The translations under genes and the position numbers were made by a program. This document shows, one piece after another, positions 8,599 through 16,061 of a stretch of 19,166 bases of DNA. Each line of letters starts with the position of its first letter. The stretch's first letter is position 1. Origin of the DNA: Oligoflexales bacterium (GTDB lineage: Bacteria; Bdellovibrionota_B; Oligoflexia; Oligoflexales; CAIYRB01); NCBI GenBank assembly GCA_041736175.1, contig JBGSUI010000117.1, positions 1 through 19,166 of the forward strand, written 5' to 3'. The notes below the pieces were generated by a model that was not told where the DNA came from, did not search any database, and worked only from the letters and a program-made list of their open reading frames with translations.

Positions 8599-9066
8599 CT
8601 ATACCATTGGCACTTTACGCGTCCAGTCTTCAAAACTAATATCCCCTAGAATTTCGCGCTCCACAAAGCTAAGGTCTCTTTCCTCGTGACGGGCTTCCTT
8701 CCCGAATTTGAGTAGGAGGTCTAAAATCTTGTCAGTAGGGACCTCCGACAAATCTCTTTTAGCTGCTTCTTCTCTAAGGCGGTGAAGCATCATGCCAAAC
8801 TGCTCAATCCTGTGAGACTGGAGCATTTGATATTTAGCCTTAATTTCGTCGATGCGATAGTTTATCGCCGTCGCTATCTCAGGCTGCATTTCCTTGCACC
8901 AATTTTGTAGAGTTTGGCGAGAAACTTGCAATTGGCCAGCTATTGAATCATAGCTGGCGCCCTGTGACCGCAGCTCAATAAGCTTTTGCTTGGCTTCAGC
9001 ATTACCATTGGGGAATTTCCTACTTTTTCCGGTTAGTCTATCGCCAGTCCTATTCTGGTCTTCCAT
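8599..9066 (-). CDS. HTH protein resembling the terminase small subunit / gpP-type N-terminal DNA-binding domain
   Basis: KQKLIELRSQGASYDSIAGQLQVSRQTLQNW HTH followed by helical, coiled-coil-like segments. GAGGGGGAG RBS. Confidence 0.7.
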   Translation of the reverse strand: MEDQNRTGDRLTGKSRKFPNGNAEAKQKLIELRSQGASYDSIAGQLQVSRQTLQNWCKEMQPEIATAINYRIDEIKAKYQMLQSHRIEQFGMMLHRLREEAAKRDLSEVPTDKILDLLLKFGKEARHEERDLSFVEREILGDISFEDWTRKVPMV

Positions 9067-9152
9067 GTCTCCCCCTCAATGTGACGATTTCACTTAAAAG
9101 CTTACCCGAGGCTTCTCGTGTTCAAAACAAATCAGAAATATTATACCACGGC

Positions 9153-9176
9153 GCGGAGATGCGGAGATGCGGAGAT
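9153..9176 (+). repeat. Three perfect tandem 8-bp iteron-like repeats (GCGGAGAT)x3 next to an AT-rich palindrome
   Basis: Units at 9153-9160, 9161-9168 and 9169-9176. AAAAAATTAATTTTTT at 9201-9216. Confidence 0.8.
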
Positions 9177-9307
9177 AATTTGAAATCAAGTTCAAACAGG
9201 AAAAAATTAATTTTTTATCCTTTATTTGCATTGGCATCTATGTTTGGCATTTTGATAAGATCTTCTGACTCCCAAATGTAGACAGTTTTAGTATTGGCAC
9301 AGAAAGA

Positions 9308-10054
9308 TCATTCCCGCTTAACAAACTCAGCTACAGCACCTTTTCCGAGCTTCTCTTTTGCCATTTCATTAGCCTTTTCATAATCTGGGCTAGTGGGTCC
9401 AATAAAAAGGCAAGCTATCCCACAAGAAAAAAGGCCCCCAACATAGCAAGTTAACTTCTTTAGCTGACTTGCCTCAGTTGCAAAGGTCACATTGGAGCAT
9501 GCCCCTCGGCCAATGGAATAGGTACCACTATTGGTACGACATTTTGCAGCTAAAGGACCTTCAAGGTCTTTACTCTGTTCATGGAGAATCAACCACTCTA
9601 ATTCACCGTCTCTTTCAATCGCTATTTTTAGTTTGTAAAATCCCGTGATCGAGTTAATTGTATTTTCAAAGCCTCTTTCTGGAGCGTAGAAAGACACATC
9701 TGCGTGCGTGCCCGAAGCTATGGGTGTGTCTGATGAATCAAGGTTGATATCTTTATTCATAGTTTCGCCTGAGACCACTCGGGTGCTTTTTCCGTCACGC
9801 TCTAATACTGACTTTTTATAGCTTATACGGATATCGCTTTTATTGTTGTTTTGGATTCTAAAGTGTCGAATATAATCTGGATCATAGGTTATTTTTAAGT
9901 ATTTCGGGATCTGGTTTTTCGAATTTGCTTTGCTCCCCTCTCGATTGCTTTCGACGCGTACTAAATCGTTCTCAATTCCCTTGGCACTCCAACGATAGGT
10001 TGTACAGCTTGCCATAAATGGTAATAGCACTAAAACAAAAATTCGATGTTTCAC
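9308..10054 (-). CDS. Putative lipoprotein of unknown function
   Basis: GTG at 10054 with GGAG 6 nt upstream gives MKHRIFVLVLLPFMASC, a signal peptide II with lipobox. The C-terminus has a Cys-rich hydrophobic segment. The ORF-track start at 10147 is too close to the promoter. Confidence 0.75.
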   Translation of the reverse strand: MKHRIFVLVLLPFMASCTTYRWSAKGIENDLVRVESNREGSKANSKNQIPKYLKITYDPDYIRHFRIQNNNKSDIRISYKKSVLERDGKSTRVVSGETMNKDINLDSSDTPIASGTHADVSFYAPERGFENTINSITGFYKLKIAIERDGELEWLILHEQSKDLEGPLAAKCRTNSGTYSIGRGACSNVTFATEASQLKKLTCYVGGLFSCGIACLFIGPTSPDYEKANEMAKEKLGKGAVAEFVKRE

Positions 10055-10150
10055 ATGAGTCTCCATTTCGAAAATAACAGTTGAAATTATAAAACCAAAA
10101 GTCCTTCGATTTTTCTGTAATTCATATCGAAGAAATCGCGATTGCAAATT

Positions 10151-10177
10151 ACATCGGCAAAAGCCGATAAAACTTAA
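10151..10177 (-). promoter_or_regulatory. Sigma-28 (FliA)-type promoter for the 9308-10054 lipoprotein gene
   Basis: Minus strand reads TTAAGTTT-11 nt-GCCGATGT, against extended consensus TAAAGTTT-N11-GCCGATAA. It contains the palindrome ATCGGC-AAAA-GCCGAT. Confidence 0.6.
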
Positions 10178-10215
10178 ACGACTATGAAGACGTCATAAAT
10201 GTCCATCATCTTTTG

Positions 10216-10231
10216 TGGCGCACTACATGCA
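10216..10231 (+). promoter_or_regulatory. Possible sigma-54 -24/-12 element upstream of the XRE pseudogene
   Basis: TGGCGCACTACATGCA has exact GG-N10-GC spacing and two mismatches to TGGCAC-N5-TTGCW. Confidence 0.3.
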
Positions 10232-10296
10232 GTAGACGTCGGCTAACGAAAGAGCCCCGAAATGACTAGACTTATAACCATCATTTGGAGGCTTTG

Positions 10297-10616
10297 ATGT
10301 CGGGGACCTCAATCCGAGAACTGGTAGCAAAAAATCTTAAATATTACAGAATAAAGAAGGGGTTATCCCAAGAGAGCCTTTCCAAGGCATGTGGCCTTAG
10401 CGTTCGATTTATTTCTCGTGCTGAGACCAGTCCTCAAAATTTGACGCTGAAACTTTACAAACCATAGCCACCGCACTCGGGGTCTCCGTTGCAGATTTGA
10501 CAGCCCCACATGAAGGCGGCAAGAAGAATAACCCACTTAAATCGTCAAAGAGATCTGCAGAGGCTCTTGATGAAACAATTAAGCTACTCCAAGCATATAG
10601 GTCAATGATAGATTAG
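10297..10616 (+). pseudogene. Frameshifted XRE-family regulator, paralogous to 555-869
   Basis: ATG 10297 after GGAGG. The frame reads ...SPQNLTL and stops at 10467. The frame starting at 10449 continues ETLQTIATALGVSVADL...AEALDETIKLLQAYRSMID* to 10616 and aligns with the C-half of the 555-869 protein. One base is missing near 10447-10449. Confidence 0.85.
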
Positions 10617-10726
10617 TTAGCAAATCAACGAGAGATATGCGTCTCTTCTACAATTCTTCCAGTGATCCAATTTATAGTCTCGCTGATCAATTCCTAATAA
10701 AGGTTTGTAGCTTTCGACTATGCAAT

Positions 10727-12214
10727 TCACCTCTCATCTACCTCAACATCTAGCCTTCTATTCCTAGCGCTAAAGGTGCTTTTAGGCGTACTTAAGGCAT
10801 CTGCAGCCGCGGCAAGAGTCCCATGTCTCTTTAAAGCCGACTCAATTACAATTTTTTCGAGGGATTCCATGGACTTTTCAAGCGGTTGATCTTCGGACAT
10901 TGCTTTCATGACGACGACTAAGTCTCTAGTAGAGAGAAGTTTGTTGAGTTTAACCAAATCAAAAGCTTGAGCACCGTTCTGGCCTGGAGCTAACATACCT
11001 GGCAGCACGGGTAGGTGGTCGGCACTTATCTTGGTTTCATCGCCTCCTGATAAAATCACCATTGCCCGGATCACCTGGAAAAGCTCGCGGACATTGCCGC
11101 GCCAGTAGTAATTTCCACATTTTTTTATGAGGCGCTGTAACTCCTCAGAAGCAATCGTGGCTCCGGCCTTTGCCAGCGCCATTTCTACAAAGACGGCTAA
11201 TTCTTCGGGGCGTTCTCGTAAGGGCTTGAGTTTGACTGCCAAGCCTGTCAAGCGGCTAACCAAGTCGAGTAGGAATTTCCCCTTATCAACCTCTTCGTAA
11301 AGGTCACAGTTAGCGGCAGCAATCACTTGAAAGCGACTATAAAGAGTCTGGGCGTCACCAAGACGTTGATACGAGCCATCGTTAAGAACCCGCAGCAAAC
11401 GTTGCTGGCATTCGAGATTAAGAGTATTGATTTCGTCCAAGAACAGGATGCCACCATCCGCTTCGCCAATCAATCCGTTGACTGTAGCTTCGGCTCCTGT
11501 AAATGAACCTTTCTTATGCCCAAACAGTGTCGAAACGGCAGTATCTCCGCCGATATTGGCGCAGTTCACCGCAATGAAAGGCATGGGCCCTCGTATTTCC
11601 AGGCTTAAGCGGTGAACAACTTTAGCAAGCTCTTCTTTGCCAGTGCCAGTCTCACCGGTGATGACGAAAGGCGCCTCGCCATCTACGGCGACCAGACGAG
11701 CCATCTCCCTTATATCTTGGGGGATAACAACTCCATCAGGATATTTTTCCATAATATGGGATGGCATACCCGCCGCGTTTTGCTTGTTACGACGGAGGGC
11801 GCTGGTTTTTTGCCGGTCTTTACGGGCGAATTCTAGGTACAAAAGCAGCTCATCTTCTGTCCTAATTGGTTTACGGAAAAGATGCGAGACACCTTTAGCC
11901 ATGACTTTTTGGTAAGTCGTAATTTTGGGGTCAGAAGTCATAGCAATCGGGGTGACTTCAGGCTTATTTTGTTTGATGTAGTCGAGTATTTGTATGCCTT
12001 CAAAGCCATTTTGGTTAAGATCTCCGGCCAAATGGATGTCTGTTAAAACATAGTCAAAACTTCTTTTTGAAAGGATCTCTATGGCCTGGTGATGATCTGA
12101 TGCTCCATAGACATCAAACCCTGCTTTCTTTGCCATCGCCACGTATCGAACGATTTGATCGCGATCGTCTTCGACGATGAGAATTGACTTGCGCTTGGCT
12201 TTCATGTTCTTCAT
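10727..12214 (-). CDS. Sigma-54-dependent response regulator (NtrC family: REC-AAA+-HTH)
   Basis: Receiver ILIVEDD, VLTDIHL and FRKP. Walker A GETGTGKE, GSFTGA loop, Walker B LFLDEI, WRGNVREL and a C-terminal Fis-like HTH. Confidence 0.95.
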   Translation of the reverse strand: MKNMKAKRKSILIVEDDRDQIVRYVAMAKKAGFDVYGASDHHQAIEILSKRSFDYVLTDIHLAGDLNQNGFEGIQILDYIKQNKPEVTPIAMTSDPKITTYQKVMAKGVSHLFRKPIRTEDELLLYLEFARKDRQKTSALRRNKQNAAGMPSHIMEKYPDGVVIPQDIREMARLVAVDGEAPFVITGETGTGKEELAKVVHRLSLEIRGPMPFIAVNCANIGGDTAVSTLFGHKKGSFTGAEATVNGLIGEADGGILFLDEINTLNLECQQRLLRVLNDGSYQRLGDAQTLYSRFQVIAAANCDLYEEVDKGKFLLDLVSRLTGLAVKLKPLRERPEELAVFVEMALAKAGATIASEELQRLIKKCGNYYWRGNVRELFQVIRAMVILSGGDETKISADHLPVLPGMLAPGQNGAQAFDLVKLNKLLSTRDLVVVMKAMSEDQPLEKSMESLEKIVIESALKRHGTLAAAADALSTPKSTFSARNRRLDVEVDER

Positions 12215-13884
12215 TGGGGACCTTCTAGAGGGAGGTTGGTTATGCTTTTGACCATCAGCTTGATTTGTCTGGAGGCTGAGGCTATGGGCGTTGAGGATGA
12301 ATCAAGACACAGCTTGACACCTTTGGTCACGAATCGAGACGTCGCTGCGATGTTATCGGTGTAGACGAGGATGGGATGCTGGGAGATCTCAGGATCGAGG
12401 CATATATCGACTGCGAGGTCTTGCAATGCTGAAGCGAGTTCGCTGGAGCGGGTTGTGTCGCTCAAATAGACTAGGATTTGGGAACGATTTGTGGGCAGTT
12501 CGAGCTCGCGGGTTAATATCGGTTGTGCCCCTTCAGGTTCACTGGTATCCGCGGGTAATGATTCCGGCACCTGTTCCGGGATCAAAATATCAGGCAAAAC
12601 TATTCTGAAAATACTTTCACTGCTTTCTCGGCTATAAGAGACTTCTCCCCCATGGGCTTCAACGATCGACTTGACATTATAAAGACCGATGCCCTCGCCA
12701 TGCTCCTTACCGAAAGTAGCTCCTCTGGCAAATAATTTGGGCAACAGCTCTTCGCTCACTCCAGGTCCGTTGTCTCTGACCTCGATGGTTAAATCACGCC
12801 CGCTTATGAGGGTCACAAGATTGACCCTGGTGGCACCAGCTTCGATGGCATTGCCTACAAGATTCACGAGACATCGTTCGATCGAATTTTTGTCAAAGTT
12901 GGCTTCAATTATCGATGTGCCGAGAGATGCTACTTCAATACCAAGTTGTCCATGTGTGAGCCGAAATTGTGCTGCCACATGATTACAGTCTAGCGTCGAT
13001 GTTTCTCGATTGATGACTAGGTCCGCTGATTTGTGGGATAAATTGCCCAATATTGAATGAATTCTTTCAAAGGCCCTAGCCATAGTTAACTTCGCATCTT
13101 CAAATTCATTTAAAGACCTAGCACTCATTGCAAATTCGAAAAGGGATAGTGGATTCTTTAAATCATGGGCTAATGTTTGCGACATGCGTGCTACCGCTGC
13201 AGCTCGAGAAAGTTTACTTTGTGACTGATACAATTCATCTAGCTTATGGGCAGAAAACTTAATTTTCTCGACAAATACTTGTATTTCTTTAAAGTAGGTA
13301 CCATCCACAAGTACATTCTCCAAATCGCGCACGCTTTCAGCATTTTGAACTTTTTCGGACACTTTTTTTAATTGTCCAATCAGACGGCTTAGAATTCTTC
13401 GAGTAAGAACTATTAATACTGATAAAAAAGTTATAACAAAGGTGAAAATAATCAATGAACGTAAGATTGTCATTCTAAAGATTTTGCCAGTATCAATCCT
13501 GCTAACCAATGTCACCTTCCCAAATTGTTCGATCTGAGCATCTACAGCAATGTCCGCCCAGCTACTTTGATTGCGATCATTTTCTGAATAATTTTGATCC
13601 CCCAACCATTTTCCGTAAGGGTCATTAAGGGCCAAAAACTTAAGATTGTTATGTTGCCTAAAATGTTCAAGATGATTTGCAATCGATCTATAGTCATACA
13701 GCTGAAGATAAACTGTTTGCTGATCAGCAAAGTCAATCATTCTCTTTTTAATTTCATTTTTTGTGTCATGAAACACGAAAAATGAGTCTATTATGACCAA
13801 AGCAGAGAAGAACGATGCACCAAGTAAGACAAGTAGTCTCCTTGTAGAACCAACAAATTCATCTAGTAGCGATTTGTCTTTCAT
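12211..13884 (-). CDS. Membrane-bound sensor histidine kinase
   Basis: Two hydrophobic segments flank a ~100-aa extracytoplasmic region. H-box LAHDLKNPL, N-box NLVGNAIEA, G1 DNGPG, G2 GEGIGL. The C-terminal extension may be a degenerate receiver. ATGA overlap with the regulator. Confidence 0.93.
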   Translation of the reverse strand: MKDKSLLDEFVGSTRRLLVLLGASFFSALVIIDSFFVFHDTKNEIKKRMIDFADQQTVYLQLYDYRSIANHLEHFRQHNNLKFLALNDPYGKWLGDQNYSENDRNQSSWADIAVDAQIEQFGKVTLVSRIDTGKIFRMTILRSLIIFTFVITFLSVLIVLTRRILSRLIGQLKKVSEKVQNAESVRDLENVLVDGTYFKEIQVFVEKIKFSAHKLDELYQSQSKLSRAAAVARMSQTLAHDLKNPLSLFEFAMSARSLNEFEDAKLTMARAFERIHSILGNLSHKSADLVINRETSTLDCNHVAAQFRLTHGQLGIEVASLGTSIIEANFDKNSIERCLVNLVGNAIEAGATRVNLVTLISGRDLTIEVRDNGPGVSEELLPKLFARGATFGKEHGEGIGLYNVKSIVEAHGGEVSYSRESSESIFRIVLPDILIPEQVPESLPADTSEPEGAQPILTRELELPTNRSQILVYLSDTTRSSELASALQDLAVDICLDPEISQHPILVYTDNIAATSRFVTKGVKLCLDSSSTPIASASRQIKLMVKSITNLPLEGPQ

Positions 13885-13890
13885 AGATCC

Positions 13891-14637
13891 TCAAAAAACA
13901 TGCTCAATCCATACATTTGGTTCTACGTATTGTGCCCGCTGCTCCTGTTCAGAAATAGAAATGGCATTAAAACAACTTTTATGACTTGCAAATTTCGCAT
14001 TATTTTCTATCTTCAAACCCCATTTTTTCCAGTCCTCAAAACCTCCTTCTATAACCATAGAATGCTCACACACCCCCAATATTTTTCCACCAAGTCGCTG
14101 ATGCGCCCTAATCCATGGATCAATGGAATATCCGTCTTCCCGTACAATCTTTAAAAAGTCTTGCATCATTATCGTCTGATATTGAGCCTTCATGGGTGGG
14201 CGTACTGGTGCGATCACTCTCCTTATCCCAACAGACTCAGCGACATTAAAAAGGTGCCTCAAAGCAAGGTAGCTAATTCCCCTTGATTGGTACTTAGGAT
14301 TTATTGTTAGTGAAAGCATACAAAGGCAATCAAATTTCAATTCACAATTTAAGTCTATGGAGCAGGCTTCTTCCAAAGCCCATCTAAACCCTCCGTCTTT
14401 TGGTGCTGCCCCCTCCAAGACCATGGGGGCGTTACAACTCCCAAAAATGAAATCGCCATTTTCCTCGCTCTTCCCAATAAATTGGAACTGTGGATAATTT
14501 TTGTATATGTCATCCCAATATCTTTTGCTAATCACATCCTCGAACAAAAATGCTTCCCATGTCTCTTTAACTGAATTGGCACCTTTAATACGCATCTTGG
14601 GATCTTCGATGTATGAATCTATGACAATATTTTTCAT
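13891..14637 (-). CDS. GNAT-family N-acyltransferase-like protein
   Basis: Acyl-CoA-binding motif A LTINPKYQSRGIS, followed by APVRP...DPWIRAHQRLGG. ATGA overlap with the upstream gene. Confidence 0.8.
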   Translation of the reverse strand: MKNIVIDSYIEDPKMRIKGANSVKETWEAFLFEDVISKRYWDDIYKNYPQFQFIGKSEENGDFIFGSCNAPMVLEGAAPKDGGFRWALEEACSIDLNCELKFDCLCMLSLTINPKYQSRGISYLALRHLFNVAESVGIRRVIAPVRPPMKAQYQTIMMQDFLKIVREDGYSIDPWIRAHQRLGGKILGVCEHSMVIEGGFEDWKKWGLKIENNAKFASHKSCFNAISISEQEQRAQYVEPNVWIEHVF

Positions 14638-16061
14638 TTTTTATTGCCCTTCCATTTTAAATCCATTAATTTGAGCTCATATGGCCCACCAAGGCTCATA
14701 GTTGGAAAAATCAAACCATCATCGGCATAAAAATACTTGTTTCCACCATATGAGAACGGAAACGCCAAAGCTTGACTTTCAATGAGTTCCTGAAATAGAT
14801 GGTATTTCTCAATTTTTTTTGGTTCAATGACGACCGCGTGACTCTCTTTAATAATTTCATCAATTTGGGATTGGATTTTTTTGTTCGGGTAAAATACATT
14901 TACAGTCGACTTCTTTTCGAATAGTTCCATAATTTCTTGGGTATATCCTGGCATGAATCTCATTGCAAATAGAGTGCGTTTAGAATTTTTTTCGCTAAAT
15001 AGCTCAGCAACAGTGGTTTTTTTTAGACGGCACTTTCGATGGCTTTCCTCAACGAAGAGTTTACAAAATCTATCTAAGGGTGTTTTGTGAGCGTCTAGGT
15101 AGTACTCGATTTCAACATCGTTCCAGAGACTTGATGCTGCAGTTAGCTTTTGATTTGTAACTGGTGCTAAAGTTGGGTCGTAACCAGGGAGCCCAAGTGG
15201 AATTATTCCACGGACTTCTTTTTGGCCCTGTGCATCTAGAGACCTACGAAGAATATCTCCGATTGCTTGGCGATAGCGCTTGCTTCTAAATTCAGTGCTT
15301 TGCAAATTAAAGCCTATAAAATGAGTCTCAGCAACAAAGTAAGGTACTTTAACCCATTTCCTTTCGAAAAAATTGGGTTCTTGTTTGAGAACAATATTTG
15401 CATTTTTTTCAGTAGTTGAAAAACTTATTTGCTTAATATGGCTTGATTTCCTTATATAATGAGAGTTTCTAACTAAGATTATGTCTTTACCTTGCCTGCG
15501 GTTTTCGTCGACTTTAAAAGGTCCCGTCCCTAAATATTGACTACCCATCTTTTTGAAAATTGGCATGATCTCTGTGCTCAGCTCATCCAATATTTGAGGA
15601 AATGGTTCTGTAAAATTAAAAACAACCTCATGTGGAGACATTTTTATAAGTCCCTTAATTTTCTTAGTGCGTCCATTTATGAAATCATCAAGCCCATCGA
15701 GCGCTCTAGAGGTGAATTTAAATCCCTGCAATTCAACCACATTAACTATGTCTTCTGCTAAGAGGCTAGAACCATCAGAAAATTTAACATCTGGTTTTAG
15801 GCGTAAGGAAAATGATTTCAGGTCTGATGATATCTTCCACGATTCGGCAAGTACCGGCAGGTAAACACCGCTGCCACTTTTTTCAATCAAAGTTTCAAAA
15901 ATTTGTCGCTGAATGAAATGGCCTTCTATTTCCCTAATTTCTGTCGGATTGATCGAAGAAGGCATCTTTTCTAGGCTAACTCTAATCTCCTCAAAAGCAA
16001 ATAATTGAGTCGATCCTAGCATCAAAACTGCACATATGATTTTGGAGAAAAAATTATCCAT
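14634..16061 (-). CDS. Extracellular solute-binding protein, family 5 (OppA/DppA-like)
   Basis: Signal peptide, then IFETL...PVLAESWKISSDLKSFSLRLKPDVKFSDGS and GTGPFK signatures. Confidence 0.9.
   Translation of the reverse strand: MDNFFSKIICAVLMLGSTQLFAFEEIRVSLEKMPSSINPTEIREIEGHFIQRQIFETLIEKSGSGVYLPVLAESWKISSDLKSFSLRLKPDVKFSDGSSLLAEDIVNVVELQGFKFTSRALDGLDDFINGRTKKIKGLIKMSPHEVVFNFTEPFPQILDELSTEIMPIFKKMGSQYLGTGPFKVDENRRQGKDIILVRNSHYIRKSSHIKQISFSTTEKNANIVLKQEPNFFERKWVKVPYFVAETHFIGFNLQSTEFRSKRYRQAIGDILRRSLDAQGQKEVRGIIPLGLPGYDPTLAPVTNQKLTAASSLWNDVEIEYYLDAHKTPLDRFCKLFVEESHRKCRLKKTTVAELFSEKNSKRTLFAMRFMPGYTQEIMELFEKKSTVNVFYPNKKIQSQIDEIIKESHAVVIEPKKIEKYHLFQELIESQALAFPFSYGGNKYFYADDGLIFPTMSLGGPYELKLMDLKWKGNKK

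Larger units (their letters stand above)
961..9300 (-). mobile_element. Integrative satellite/PICI-like element encoding integrase, excisionase, family A DNA polymerase and primase-helicase (boundaries approximate)
   Basis: Packed int-xis-pol-primase-cro run, divergent orphan, terS-like HTH gene, iteron-like repeats and att-like features next to int. No flanking direct repeat was found, so the ends are uncertain. Confidence 0.75.

Noticed and set aside
9153..9176. CRISPR array
   Set aside because: The 8-bp units are directly adjacent with no spacers, and there are no cas genes.
9081..9281. 66-aa plus-strand ORF
   Set aside because: It runs across the iteron and AT-rich region, has no clear RBS and no recognisable motif.
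9231..9310. TTGGCA motifs as sigma-54 promoters
   Set aside because: None has GC at the required GG-N10-GC spacing.
1121..10259. GAGCCCCG at 1121-1128 and 10252-10259 as attL/attR direct repeats
   Set aside because: Only 8 bp with non-matching flanks, which is expected by chance in 19 kb.
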